This document shows positions 49,031 to 63,346 of a stretch of DNA of 64,000 nt, piece after piece (position 1 is the first letter of the stretch; every line of letters starts with the position of its first letter). The translations under genes and the position numbers were made by a program. The DNA is from Narcine bancroftii. Taxonomy: Eukaryota. Under the pieces are notes generated by a model, which worked only from the letters and a program-made list of their open reading frames with translations, was not told the DNA's origin and made no database searches. The DNA is taken from assembly GCF_036971445.1 (NCBI RefSeq), contig NC_091469.1, positions 340,690,001 to 340,754,000 of the forward strand, given 5' to 3'.

Positions 49031-51484
49031 TAGAACTTGTACAAATATATCACCTTTGAAGTCTAGATGTTTGGTTTTCCATTGTTGTACCTTTCGGAAA
49101 TGTTTTGTTGAAAACTCTAACCAAACAAGGTTTCCATTGAATCTTTGCCAGAATTATAGAGCAAGAGAGCAAAAAGCCCTGAGGACATTCCCAGCACTCA
49201 GCCCTTCAACATTTGTGTATCTCAGACCGCCCCTACATGTTAATCCTAGGTCCTCACTGCCAGAAAATCCAACTAAATTAATGAAGTCAGGAAGTAGGCA
49301 ACTCTCTTTATTTTACTTTGGTTATTATATGATCATTTTTGATCTTTGGAAGGCAATAACACACATTTTGGAAACAATTGGAACTTGTGCCTTTTCCTAC
49401 CAAGGCTCTAGGCCTCGGAATTCCCTTTTTAAGAATGTCTTCCTCTCCTTTCTTTTAAGATGCTTGCTGAAACTTGCCTCTTGGACTGAGATTTTGTGCG
49501 CCTGTCTTATTAATTTGTTATGTGCCTAGGTGTCAAACTTTGTTTTCATTCTTGTTTGAGTGCTTTAGGGAACTTTACCATATTAAAGGACATGTATAGA
49601 TTAAAGTTGTTGATGTTCTAATTAGCCTTTAACTGGAAAACAAGTTTATTAATAAAAGAATGAAAGAACAAGTGAATAGTGGCAGGAATATTTCATGTAT
49701 TTTTGTGGATTATTAACTTGGCCTAGATCTTTATGTAGTTGAAGTAAAGGTTTGAAATTAACATGCAAAACTGTTGCATTGCCAGCTTGTCAAGAAGTGT
49801 CAGTTAAACTCAGTTGGAAGTATTCTTGCCTGTTCTGTAAGAAAGTGGTGAACTTGAAATTGCTTCCAAAATCTGGGAAGGCATGAAAGTCTGCTGCTCC
49901 ATAGGAAGACATTTGATTTGATAGGTGACATATTGATTCCAAGGAACTATTCAAGGAAGGTACACCATTTGCCATGACTCTGATTAATGTCGCATGCTCA
50001 ATCAAAAAGAAAAACAATGAAGTGCTCATTGGTTTTATGATATTTTTGTGATCTTGTACTCAGTGCCTTTATTAATGACACAAGAACAAAAATTTCACTG
50101 AAAAAAAAACCATTTCTTTCCCTCATACATTGCATATTGCAATATGCTATTTCATTTTGCAACCCGCCAAACTGGTCTATATTTGAAGGTTCAAATTAAA
50201 AAGGGGAGTGAAATAAACATTAAAAACCTGAGTAGCCTTGAGTTGAGCTTATGAGTAACATTCACCTCAATGGAGACCTGGATTATTGGAGTAGCTCCAC
50301 AACCACTGTTCACTGAACCAATATTGACCATAGTACCACAAAGTCATCTTGACAAGACTAGGCCAATAGTAACAGTTCAAAAGTCTGCAACCAGCCATGA
50401 AAACCCATTCCACCAGCCTATCAGATTCTCTTCGAAATGTAATACTGTCGCCCTTATTATTCTAAATGTCTCATTGTTTGGTTCTATTTACACATTTGAA
50501 AATAGTGCTCTCTACATCCGTACAAGTAATTTGAAGAGAATTAGTGATCCACATACTAGCCCTGGTGAATATGACTGTACACTTGCTACCAGAGTGCAAA
50601 ACATCGTTTTCCTAGAACTTTCACAGAAGCAACCAATCTTTTAAACATGCTGTCACAGAACCCTTCATCCTAAGGCCTTCAAGGGTGATGAAAAGGCTGA
50701 AAATGAAAACAAAACAACTGCAGATGCTGAAAATAAGAAACTTTAAAACAGAAAATCATGCAGCGCCTGTGGAAAGTGGAACACAGTCAATGTTTCAGTA
50801 TATTATTGGGAAGAGCTATCCTCCTCCCATTGCACCAAATTGTACAAGACTACAAAAACAGCCTTGAGGAAGTCACAGACGTGTGGGTGGGGTCACTTCT
50901 TACAAAACATTTTTATGAGAACATCTAGTACAAATTTGCAGCCAAGAATGAATATTTCACTTCTCGTGATGTGGCAGTAACACCTGGTGATAATTCTCCA
51001 ATATTCACTTTGGGGTCTGCTTTAGGAGCTGCATTACCAGTTAGGATTCTGTCTGTTGAAGAGCCAGTACATAAAAATGTCAACTTTCACTGAACAAACA
51101 GATCTCAATACCCTTCGGCAAAAGGCATGGTGATAAGGGGGTGAGATGGTTTGCAAAGACTGAGGATATCTTTCCCAATGCCTTAGTTTAAAATTCCACC
51201 CTAGAAATTAGAGAAATTTAAACTGCAGTGGTTAAATCAATGAAGATTTTATTTTAAAGCATGCTAGCTTCAGCTATGGTAACAGGAAACTATTAAATTG
51301 TTGTAAAAACTCACCTGGATGACTAATGCCCTTCACAGAAGAAAATCTGCTGTCCATACCTGGTCTAGCCTACAAGTGACTCCAATCCTACCAACGTGAT
51401 TAACCCTTAACTGCTTGAATAATGGTCTAGTAACCCATTGTATTTCTGGTAGCATTGGGGATGGGCAATAGGCGATGACTTTTA

Positions 51485-51811
51485 TGGTTTTTAGACTGCA
51501 GGCATGTAACAGCACAATCAAGGAATTTTGCCACTACACAGGCAGTCTGAAAAGGAATGTGCAGGAATTTTGAGTTAATTCCTGCACCACAATTTATCCT
51601 GCAGGACTCCTGCAACTTTTTGGAAGAAGCCTGCAGTGTAAATCATACCAGAAAAATTTGTTGGCGGTCATCCACTCTACTGCACATCTAACCATTGTGA
51701 CCATTGCACTCAGGTAATTGCAATCTAAAAAGGCCCCCAGTGTGAATGACCACATGGGCAGTAATTATGTTTTTTTTCTGCAATTTTCCCAACAATACAA
51801 TCTAAAAACCA
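51485..51811. mobile_element. PIF/Harbinger-like MITE
   Basis: TIRs tggtttttagactg / caatctaaaaacca with internal subterminal repeats. Confidence 0.55.
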
Positions 51812-52029
51812 TACATGTTAACAATATCTACAGTTCATGAGTGAATCAAAAAATATCAGGTTAGCAAGACTTACAATCATCGGTCTCACTGGGAAAATAG
51901 CATTGGGCAATATTCTTATTGCTGCTTGGCTTTCAGTTGCTTTGCATTGTGTGTGAAGAAGCAAGTTTGACAAGCCCTAGGAGAAATGAGGCTGAATGAT
52001 GGTGTTTTTATTTATTTACATGTATTGGG

Positions 52030-52222
52030 NNNNNNNNNNNNNNNNNNNNNNNNNNNNNNNNNNNNNNNNNNNNNNNNNNNNNNNNNNNNNNNNNNNNNNN
52101 NNNNNNNNNNNNNNNNNNNNNNNNNNNNNNNNNNNNNNNNNNNNNNNNNNNNNNNNNNNNNNNNNNNNNNNNNNNNNNNNNNNNNNNNNNNNNNNNNNNN
52201 NNNNNNNNNNNNNNNNNNNNNN
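52030..52222. other. Assembly gap (193 N)
   Basis: Run of n. Confidence 1.
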
Positions 52223-54224
52223 ATACGATACCAATGACTATCCAGAATCACCCACGGTTCAAAACCTAGAGTGGAGCTAGGGTTCATCCCAGAAGAGAAG
52301 AGGCAGATAGTGCACATGTGGTGGGCTTTAAGGTGCCATCAGCTGGAGAGTCCAGTCCAGGTATCAATGAGGCAATTGAAGGAGCCAATGACAAGGTGTG
52401 CAGTAAACTGTGGGCAGGGCTTGACCTTAATTGGCAGGTGAGATGTCTTCCAACTAGGTTCCAGATGGAGAGGCCACATGATTCTCCGCAATCCACATTC
52501 CCATCAGGTTCCAGACAGAGAGATCACATAACCACCACAATCTACTCTAAACTTTGGAACTATGAATATTTATTTATCAGTTTTCTATATTTATTATCTC
52601 TTTTGCTTTCTTATGGTGCACTACAGTAATTTAATTTCTGCTGTTGTAGTTGGTGTATCTTACATGTTGTGTGGCTGCAGCACATCTCATACCTCATATT
52701 ATATCCTACTGTTAAGAAATTGGCATTTATAGATTGTGGATGAGGACAAAATAATTTGACTGTGAGAAGTGCCATTATTGATTCTACATTTATTGGAGCT
52801 TCCACAGAGCTGTTTACTTAGTCCACCTACAAAATCTCCTTGAACCTTGATTAGACCTCTCATCGATAACTTGCCATAAATGTGGTAAGGCTGTCAAGAT
52901 TCCTTTATTGACATGTAATAAAGACCGTATATTACACAGGATTTGCTTTAATCTGCCGTAAGGCAGACAGATTCGTCATCAGCAGAAATTGCCTCTTAAA
53001 GTCAGAAAAAGAGAAGCAAATGAGAGTCCTCGAGTGTCTGTGGCGGCCCCTGCAGTCACGCAAAGTCCTGTCCGCTGTGAATCCCTCAACTTCAGTTGCC
53101 TGCAGTCTGTGCAAATTCCTCACCTCAAGTCTCCAACAGCCTCAACTGTTGGAGACAGGCCCACCTGTTGAGGAGAGCCTGTGTGTTCCGCGGCCACAGA
53201 ACCCCTCACTGGTCCGTCGCTGTGGTCACTGTCACATGGTCATCTCCTCTGCTTCTCTTTCTCAAGTGGGGGGAGGGTGTTTTCCCCCATTTTCTGGTGT
53301 CCTATGCCAGTCCTCTGTTTACCCAGAGTTCGCAACCCCTCGTGGCTGCTTCGATCACAGGCACCGCCATCTTGGGTGCAGAGCCCGCGGTCTTTTTAAA
53401 GTGAAACCATCATTGGCTCCATTAACAAGGTGTTTAAAGCCTGTGCAGAACTGACAGCAGTTGGACCCCATGGGAACACTGTGTCTCCACTTCCTGCTCT
53501 AGACAGGTCTGCACCAGCATTTTTTCATTGCACACCTACACAAGTCTATTGATAACTGATTGAAACAGACTGTCAAGCATCAAGTGGCTTCAAAAACTAT
53601 AAAAAATAATGCATACTGTTAAAACTTCTTAAAATTATTGAAACATTAAAAATAAAGGAAAACCACAGTGCTTAGAAACAATAACAAATATTCAAAAATA
53701 GTCAAATATATTTAAAATAGTTCCAATTCAATAAAGAAAGCAGCTACCACCGACTTTTACTATTGAATAAAGTGATGGAACAAGTGCCAGTTTGGAGCTT
53801 TTGCTTTTGCACATGCATGCATTGGAACTGCAAGCTTCCTCACAATTAGAGGATAAAATCAATGTTTCTGCTTTTTTTCAGCTCCAGTTTCTTTCTTAAT
53901 AATTGGTAGACAGCTTCAAACAATCCTCAAATGTAAGGGAGCTCTGTCCCTTACACCAAAAAATTGTTATTGGACATCCCACCAGTAGAGAGATTCACAT
54001 TTGGGCAGTCTTTGTATCGAATATGACTTGAGGTGGTCTTAAAATTACATGAACATGGGAGCATAAGTGTACAATTAAGTCTAACTTCTCAAGTCTTCTC
54101 CAGTGTTCAGTAGAATCAGAGTTGATTCATAACTGAACTCTACATAAACATTTTATCAAGGGTTTGTTCACAAAAAACTGAACAGAAGTTTTGCATTTGC
54201 ACCTGGCATCTAATAAACACCATA

Positions 54225-54593
54225 ACCCACTTTTCCACCAGTACCCTGTCCCAGGAATTAACTGGGAATTTACTGGAATGGGGTCCAGTGGAAAAGGAAC
54301 ATTGTCCAAAAGACAATGTCAAATGATGCCACTTCACGCCGGAAATTACCACTGTTCATATCCCTGGCTTTTGCTGACGGTGGCATGCTGATAAAACCAG
54401 TGGAAAAGGGATTGCAGAAAGTCATCTCTTTCTACTTGAAAGTAGAACACTCCGATCCCCGGGGATGAGTTGTGTTCAGTGGAAAAGCAATTAGTGTCCC
54501 AGTTAAGGGTGGCCCAATGGAAATGGCACAAAGGGCTTCCTATCCTAGGACTCTACACAGTCAATTAACTGGAATGCCAGTGGAAAAAGGGCT
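54225..54593. mobile_element. PIF/Harbinger-like MITE
   Basis: ATA|acccacttttccacc ... ccagtggaaaaagggct|ATA (3-bp TSD), with repeated cagtggaaaag motifs inside. Confidence 0.7.
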
Positions 54594-55914
54594 ATATATT
54601 GACTAGAATTGGAAAATTATTTTGGGTGATCCAGTAAGTTCCTCGTTCAGCCTATTGTGTAGATTGCGATGCCAGAGCAACTCATATCAACCTTGGCAAC
54701 AACTGTCACTATTCTTGCCTAGCTACGTATAGTAAGCTAACTTGAAGTGGTATTGATTATTGTGTTGGAAGGGTCACTCTGGCGCTAGCCAACATTGTTT
54801 TTCAGTCTGTAGCAGCTTCTGATTATTGGTGTTGTGCAAGAATCGATTGCAAACAAGCTTTTGAGCTTTAACGGACATATCCATTGAAATAGGTTTCATA
54901 AACAAACAACCTTTATTTCTAACAGCTGCTTTTATATTCATTTAATGTTTATGAAGCTTTTGTGCCTAATCTTATGCACCCAGTCTGACCCCAGGTTTAA
55001 TTAATGTTATGTGTGAGCTGTAAAACATCTGAATCAAGTCCAAAACTAATACGTTTAGAATGTTCTAATTTCTCACATTGTCCTGTAACAGGCTGAACTT
55101 GAGCAGACACGGTGACACAGTATTGGCCAATATACCACGTTACATTGTCTGCATGCACAGTCTATTTATTTAAACTTCACCCACAGCTAGTTGAACAGCG
55201 CAAGGAATTGTATTCTCCAATATCAGATCCAAAGATGTTTCTTCACATCAAACTATTCCTTTTAAATTCAAATGAAAGAGTGCCTTGAAAGAAAGGCATT
55301 CTGAGTTTTTTTTTCATTTGTCTGAAACTAAGAATTTTAATAGGTATGGATTTAGTGAACAAGGAAATTATTTTGCTTTGGACCAAGAAGCATAAAAAAC
55401 TCAAAAGTAGGGTGAACAGAAACTAGCAATAGAAGAGCCAACAGCCTGTGTGAATTCTGGTTTAAACTGATGTTACAGGAAACATGTTGAGTGTCACGCC
55501 CATAGTTACTTTTGCAGAGCAACTGGTCTGTAAACCTTCCTGGATTTTCCATTTATTATGTGTAGATCATCCAATCTTCTTGATATATGCATCCACATTT
55601 TTGTGGCTATATTCGGAGTAGTTGAATCTTCCCACTAGCACCAGAACTTCATGAAAAATCACGTTGTACAAGGCAGACTGAAAGAAGGACACAAATGTAC
55701 ATGTTTACAGCAAGAATTGCAAGCTTTGCTTTATAATAAGATAAACCAACAAATAAAAACTTACAAAGAATGACATTGCCTGGCTAAATTTAGATGTTGT
55801 GTTAGGTCATTGTATAGAAAATTCATCAGTGAAGAGCAAAAAGGGAGTGAAAAGGGAATGTGGCAGAGAGAATCACTCTTTAGTTATTTAGTTAATATTG
55901 ATAAAGTGAGTAAT

Positions 55915-56185
55915 TAAAAACACAGAAATGCTGGAGGGACTCAACAGGCATTGCAGTTTCAACAGGAGGTAAAGATATATAACCGACATTTCGGAACTGA
56001 GCCCCTCTTACGAGTGAAGTGCAGGTAGGAACCTTAATTAAATGGCTGGGGAGAAGGGAAGAAAGGGAGAGGGAGGAGTAGAGATCAACAGACAAAAAGT
56101 TTTAATTGGATTTGGGTAGGACATGGGCGAGTTCCTACAGCATTTCTATGTTTTTACTACAATCACAGATTCTGAGGATTTCCAT
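55915..56185. mobile_element. Penelope-like tail fragments in inverted arrangement
   Basis: aaaaacacagaaatgctggagggactc ... gagttcctacagcatttctatgtttttac. Confidence 0.6.
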
Positions 56186-57689
56186 GTTCCACTTCAATTG
56201 AGCAATTAATGCTGATCTTAATTTCATTATCATAATATTACTAATCTTTTCTGGCCCTGTTATCATTCTAGATAACATTAATCTGAGGGTGCACTTTTCC
56301 TTCTCTCCGCCTGAAACCATCTGCTCGGGTGCTGGGATAGCCACAAACTTCATCTACAAATGCTACTCATCTTCCCACTATCCCATATTGAAATATATAA
56401 ATTATCATTTCTTACCTACCTTTCAACAAACTGACTTCCTGCATTGGACCTGCTTTGTACATCCTGCATGCAACTCACAGCTGTACAATCAGAGACACGA
56501 GAGACAACAGATGCGATCAGTTATTGTCAATATTTCCCCTTCTCCTCCCTGCTCACCTGATAGCCTGTTTCTCCTTCAGGGAAAGCCCACCCTTGCATCC
56601 TTAGCTCGTCTCTTCAGGATGTAGAGGAATTATTTTTAAAAGACATGCTTCCTTCAACACAACAGCATAAAAATTATGAGATAAACCTTCAAGATTCAGT
56701 GGACGTGACTTTGAGGACATCGGAAGAAAGGGAACATTCCAAGGCAAGATTGGTTGCAAGGCAGTAGAGCTCAAAACGAATATTCAGGAGTTTAGAGTCA
56801 AACACATTAAATATCTACTGACATAGATGGGATGGAGTGTGGGGATTGGTAAGAAAGGCAGAGGTCGTGATATTACAGTTGGGAGAACAGTTGGAAGTAG
56901 GGTGGGACTGAACGTTATGAAAGATTAATTTGGGTCAACATAAGTTGGAGAACACCGGTGTGATAGCAGATTCCAATTTCTGGCCCTGACTTATCCAAAT
57001 CCTGTGACTTTATTTTTACATCTCCCATTGTACCCTCTCTGACGTTACAATTCGCCTTTCAACCTTGAAGCTGCTGTACACGCCTTTGTCTTAATTTCCT
57101 TCTTGCAATCTAACTCTACCTTACATTGAATACAATTTGCTAAACATTCCTCTAAGAATGATCCTGAGCTTCCTAACCTCAACTGCAATGCAATGATCAA
57201 ATTACTCAGCCACTGGAAAAAACTCTGGATCATTAATTCAGAAATGCAAGTTTGAATTCCACCATGACAGCTGGGAGATTTAAACTTAAATAACTAATTT
57301 TGCTCAGGTTATTTTAAAAAGATCAGTAATGGAATCACAATACTACAAGATTGTTACAGAACTCCATCAGGTTCACTAATATCCTACAGGAAAGGGAATC
57401 TACTATCCTTACCTGGTCTGGCCAATAGAAGAGCTCAAACCAATGTGATGAGCCCCTCAAAAACATGAGCATTAATTATCGGTGAATTCAAAAGAGCTGT
57501 TTCGTTTCTCAGAACTTAGAACCTGGTTGCCCTTAAAAACTGACATACAATTCATACTAAGAAGGGTTCTTCTGCAAGATGAGTTGTAGGTTATATCTAA
57601 TATTGTGTGTAAAGAACACAATTACAGATATGGGATTTCAATGAAAAAAGAAAGATGATTTTGCACTAAGCAACGGCAGAATCATAAGG

Positions 57690-58870
57690 ACTGTTATAGC
57701 CTTCATTCAGAGGCCTGGTGGCTGCAAGGAAGAAGCTGTCTTTAAGCCCATTGGTGCACACTTTCATAGTCTTGAGCCTTCTTCCCAATGTGAAGATCGA
57801 GAAGAGAGTGTGTTGGGGATGCATGTCTTTCAGTATGGTGGCAGCCTTGCATAGGCAGTAGGATATGTTGATGGAGTTTGTATCACCTCAGACCATAAGA
57901 TCCTGCAGAGGATAGTGAAATCAGTGGAAAAGATAATTGGGGGCTCTCCTCCTACCATGAAGGACATATACAATACACGATGCACACGGAAAGCAATAAA
58001 AATTGTGAAGGACTCCACACACCCCTCACATAAACTTTTCTGCCATCTGGTAGGAGGTACCGTAGCACTCAAGCCCTTATGCCCAGATTGGGCAACAGTT
58101 TTTTCCCCAAGCCTTCAGGCTCCTGAATTCTCTGAACAGATGTGGAATTTTATTGTATATGTCTTAATATTTTAACTTCTGTTTATGTAAATCTGCTATC
58201 TTGTCTTTACTGTGTAATGCATGGTATCAACAATAAATAAAGGTGACTTGACGAGTCCATGGAGGGGAGGAATGACTGCATTATGTCCTGAGCTGCATTC
58301 ACTACTTTCTGTTGCTTTTTTCTGATCTTGAGCAGAGTGGGTCCATATCATGTTGTGATGTAATCAGTGGGTATGCTTTTGATGGGGCACCCATTTAGGC
58401 TGTTGAAGGACCAGAGAGACAAGCTGAATTCCTTTAGTATTCCAAGAAAGTGGAGGAGTTGTTGTGCTTTCTTGACCATCACGTCAGTGTGTTGGTCCCA
58501 GGTCAGGTCATTGGAGATATTTATTCCTAAGAACTTGAAGCCATCTTCTCCTTCGACTTTAGCACGAGGGGTGTAGATTGTGCCCCCTTCCACAATTATC
58601 TCCTTCATCTTAATGATGTTCAGAGAGAGGCTTTTACCTTAGCACCATGCCACGAGACTATCAATCTCTTTCCTATGTTCCGTCTCATCATTATTTGATA
58701 CCTAACCCACTACTGTGATGTCTTCAACATACTTGAAAATGGATTTGGAACAGTAGGGAGGGGAGGTGCGCTGAGGCTTAGGTCCTAAGATATGGGAATG
58801 AGTTTATTAAGGACTATGGAAGCTGTAGTTTATGAATAACAGACTGTCGTAGGTGTCCTTGGCATACAGA
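57690..58870. mobile_element. Rex1-like LINE fragments on both strands
   Basis: KAIKIVKDSTHPSHKLF (57915-58175, +) and FKFLGINISNDLTW..KKAQQLLHFL (58348-58608, -). Confidence 0.7.
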
Positions 58871-59652
58871 TGTTACTGGGCTGCCTGTATCTGTATCTTT
58901 GTCAGCAACCCTAAATGGCATAGTATCCAGATACTTTTAATTATCAATACTGCTGTTGCTTGGATAATTGATTAGATGTAATCAACAATGATCATTTTAA
59001 TGTTGTCTTATGTTTCTTGCATGTGTGTGGAAGCACAAAGGAGCCTCCTAATATTGATCTTTATATGGACTCTTGTTCATTTCTCAGCATCTTTACTTAA
59101 TTTTTTAACCACTTTTCAATTCATTTATCTATCTTGGAGTTTTTTTGTTATGCATTCCTAACTGATCTCAACATATGGTCATAGATTCCAGACATCGCTT
59201 AAACTGGACCAGGAATTTGACCAGTCATCGGTTACGAAAACTAATTTAACACATCTGCCATTCTCCGACGGTCCGACCTGTGAGAATTTAGCTTCTGTCT
59301 TTGCATTATGTGGGGGTGATAACTTGAACAATCAGACCATTGTTTCTTTCCCTTCTCTGTGGCTGATCTCTCATGCAGGGGAGAGGTGTCAGAAAGAGTG
59401 GCACAAGTTCATAGAACAGCTTCAATTCCACTCTGAAGAGCAGCTTGAGCCCAGTACTTGGATTTTTTTGAGAATCCATTGTACCATTTGTTTGTTTATC
59501 TCCTTTAGGTGAGCACACAACCTTTCCTAATAAGGCAATGAGATGTTTGCAACATAATGTGCTTACATGCCAACTGCTTCTGAAAAGCAGAATTTGTCAG
59601 TAATAGGAATATTTTACTATAGTATATTAATTTGGTTGGAAAACATGGGATG

Positions 59653-62600
59653 TATGGGGGGGTGGGGGTGGGGCTTCATGTTCAAATCATCCCTGTAATG
59701 CTGGCTGACTACGAGATCCGGGGGGCCACGCTGGGATGGCACTGGACCCCCTCCACATCTGGTATGAAGCCCACGGGCTGAGAAATGCTTCGGGAGTGTT
59801 ATGACGTCATGTCTGGTTTCAGAATGGCCGAACAGCAAGTGACTTAAAAAGTGGTCTAAAGAGAGATTAAAACAGTTCTTTTTTGGTTACAATGGGAGTC
59901 AATGTTTTCCTTTGTAGCTTTGTCTTAAAAGGCACCATATTGGTGACCCCAACAGTTCAGTTGTCTCTGAACCCAGGACAATGGCCGATGAACTAGTGCT
60001 AAGCGCAGTGGTCAGTAAGCTCCCAGTGGTCTGGCCACACAGACCATGTGCATTGTTCATTCAGGTGGAGGTACAATTCAACCTCTGCAATATCACCAGC
60101 GAGGCTACAAAATTTTGGCACGTCGTTACATCGCTAGACAAGGAGTTGGTCACTAAAGTTGAACTTTTCCTAAGCAATCCTCTGCAGAAGGTCAGTACAA
60201 GGCCCACATCCTACAAACTTTCACTGTGACCAAGCTGGAGAGAGGCACTTGTCTCCTATAATCTGGACAAACTTGGGGACAGGTCCTCCTCCGAGCTAAT
60301 GACTGAAATCCTCGCACTAAATGACAGATACTCCAAGTGCCTAATGTTCAAGGCCGCATTCTTAGAATGCCTCCCCCACGATATCGCCATGTTCCTGTTC
60401 AACACAGACTTTTTTGACCCTCAGGCTGTGGCAAATGAAGCAGACAGACTATACAGAGTTCCCAAAAATTCTGTCGCAACAGTTCATTTCGACAACTGTC
60501 ACAACCCTGAGACAGGCAGGAGGGTCCAAAGGCAAATAGCAGGACGGGTAGTGTTTCTATCATAGGAGGTGGGGCCGGAATGCCCGCTGATGCATCCCAC
60601 CATGCACTTACTCAGCCGACACCCAGGGAAACGGCACTGCCAGCCACCAGTAATGGCCATGGCACTTGGTGAACACACAGGCCTCTTCTGCACTGTCAAC
60701 CAAATCTCCAGACAAAGGTATTTAGTCAACAAGGGAGTCAAACGCAGCATCCTGCCACCAAACACTTTTGAACGAGAAGCCCAGTCTAAGCAGTCCAATC
60801 TATTCATGACAAATGGGACGCCTATACATCAAGTCAGTCCGTTTGCTACTAGGAGACTTGGCTTACAGGTGAGATTTCACTATCACAGCCGTACACCAAC
60901 TGATCCTGGGAGCGGATTTCCTGAGGGTCAATAACCTACTGGTCGATGTGAGGGGGTGACGGTTAGTCCATACCTCCACTTTCCAGACATGCCCACTCTT
61001 GCCTAGTACGTGCCAGCCCTGCACGTACAGACCCTGACTACGAACAAGTTCGCAAAGGCCCTAACTGAGTTCCCTGAGATCCTTGCTCTGGATTTTCATA
61101 TGAACACCCCACTGTACTAAGTCCAACATTATGTGATAACCAAAGGACCACCCATTCATGCCAAGGTGAAGAGACTTCCCCCTGAACGTTTACAACAAGC
61201 CAAAGAGGAATTTAAAATGATGGAAGAGCTGAGCATCGTCAGGCGTTCTGACAGCCCTTGGTTGTCTCCCCTAAAGCAAGCGGGGGCTGATGACTATGTG
61301 GAGACTACTGAAGAATGAACAGTGCAATGGTACCAGATCACTACCCAATATTGCACAGTCAGGATTTTGCTGCAAACCTGCATGGGAAACAGTTCTTTTC
61401 CAAAGTGGTCCCTGTGAAAGGTTACCACCAAATCCCTGTACACCCAGATTTTGTGCCTAAGATGGCCATTAAAACCCTGTTCGGGCAGTTTTAATTTCTG
61501 AGAATGCCATTGGGGTTGAAAAACGCGGCGCAAACATTTCAACGTCTAATGGATGCAGTTTCCAGAGACCTTCCCTTCATTTTCATCTACCTGGATGATA
61601 TCCTGAAAATAGTTGCTCCAAAGAGAACTTGCAGGTTTTGTCACCTGAGCTGGTTTATGGCATTTCCCTGTTGGTGCCAGCTGTCATTCCACCCCTGCCC
61701 AATGGTGATGATTACATGGCACTGGAAGTACTCTGATGCTTGCACCAACATCTGGGGGCATTGGCCCCAACCCAGTTCAAAGTCATAGCTCACCATCCAT
61801 GCATGTCCCGGCAGATCTCAACAGTACCTTTCGTGTTTGTCCATCGCTCGACACGGGACACAGCTACAGCATCCCTACATTGGACCATATCTTTGGCTTG
61901 GCTTCGCGGACGAAGATTTATGGAGGGGGTAAAAAGTCCACGTCAGCTGCAGGCTCGTTTGTGGCTGACAAGTCCGATGCGGGACAGGCAGACACGGTTG
62001 CAGCGGTTGCAGGGGAAAATTGGTTGGTTGGGGTTGGGTGTTGGGTTTTTCCTCCTTTGCCTTTTGTCAGTGAGGTGGGCTCTGCGGTCTTCTTCAAAGG
62101 AGGTTGCTGCCCGCCAAACTGTGAGGCGCCAAGATGCACGTTTTGAGCCGATATCAGCCCACTGGCGGTGGTCAATGTGGCAGACACCAAGAGATTTCTT
62201 TAGGCAGTCCTTGTACCTTTTCTTTGGTGCACCTCTGTCACGGTGGCCAGTGGAGAGCTCGCCATATAACACGATCTTGGGAAGGCGATGGTCCTCCATT
62301 CTGGAGACGTGACCCATTCAGCGCAGCTGGATCTTCAGCAGCGTGGACTCGATGCTGTCGACCTCTGCCATCTCGAGTACTTCGACGTTAGGGATGAAAG
62401 CGCTCCAATGGATGTTGAGGATGGAGCGGAGACAACGCTGGTGGAAGCGTTCTAGGAGCCGTAGGTGGTGCCGGTAGAGGGCCATGAAACTGCCAAAATG
62501 TTTGGCCTGGAAGTCAGCCTGAAGAAAACTGAGGTCCTCCATCAGCCAGCTCCCCACCATGACTACCAGCCCCCCCCACATCTCCATCGGGCACACAAAA

Positions 62601-63346
62601 CTCAAAACGGTCAACCAGTTTACCTATCTCGGCTGCACCATTTCATCAGATGCAAGGATCGACAATGAGATAGACAACAGACTCGCCAAGGCAAATAGCG
62701 CCTTTGGAAGACTACACAAAAGAGTCTGGAAAAACAACCAACTGAAAAACCTCACAAAGATAAGCGTATACAGAGCCGTTGTCATACCTACACTCCTGTT
62801 CGGCTCCGAATCATTGGACCATATAAAGTGCTAAAAAACAACAGGTCCAGCCCGCTGTTGGACATTGGGAAGAAACACGAGCTGTGTACATGGACTGGCT
62901 CAAACCTGCCCACATGGACACTGCCGAGACAGTGTCATTTCCACTGCTGCATCACCATGGTCACCCCTCCCCAAAAAAAAGCCTAGTACTCAGACTATTG
63001 TACCGGGGGATGATTTGGGGGGGGGGGGGGCGGGTACAGTAACGGCAGCCAGGGTCGGGGCTTCACATTCAAATTGTCCCTGTAATGTCGGCCAACCACT
63101 AGTCCCGGGGGCCCACGCTGAGATGGCGCTGGGCCCACGCTGAAATGGCGCTGGACTCCCTCCACCTCTGGGACGAAACTCACAGGCTGAGAAGCGCATC
63201 AGGAGTCTTATGATGTCACGTCTGGTTTCAGAGTGGCTGAACCACGTGACTTAAAAAGTAGTCTAACGAGAGATTAAAACAGTTCTTTGCTGGTTACAAT
63301 GCGAGTCGGTGTTTTCCTTTGCAGCTCTGCTTTAAAAGGTACCACA
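59653..63346 (+). mobile_element. Internally deleted Gypsy element, CsRN1-like
   Basis: LTRs ~59653-59939 and ~63038-63346, TSD GGATG. tRNA-Trp-type PBS tggtgacccc at 59941 and G-rich PPT. Gag KLPVVWP..FIQVEVQF..TKFWHVV and RT GPPIHAK..SPW, MPLGLKNAAQTFQR, YLDD. RNase H and integrase core are missing. Confidence 0.9.
61891..62811. mobile_element. RTE LINE with 5' inversion, inserted in the CsRN1-like element
   Basis: 3' part on minus (61891-~62484) and inverted 5' part on plus (~62485-62811). 13-bp TSD cattggaccatat at 61878-61890 and 62812-62824. Confidence 0.93.

Noticed and set aside
47356-49529. Long plus-strand ORFs (223 aa, 271 aa) as host genes
   Set aside because: They are largely antisense shadows of the RTE LINE running into non-coding DNA, with no recognisable domains.
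51986-52317. ORFs spanning the N run
   Set aside because: Artefacts of the assembly gap.
46626-52917. The two ~385-bp inverted copies as TIRs of a large DNA transposon or Polinton
   Set aside because: The left copy alone is flanked by its own 13-bp TSD, there is no TSD outside the pair, and the interior has no transposase or polymerase.
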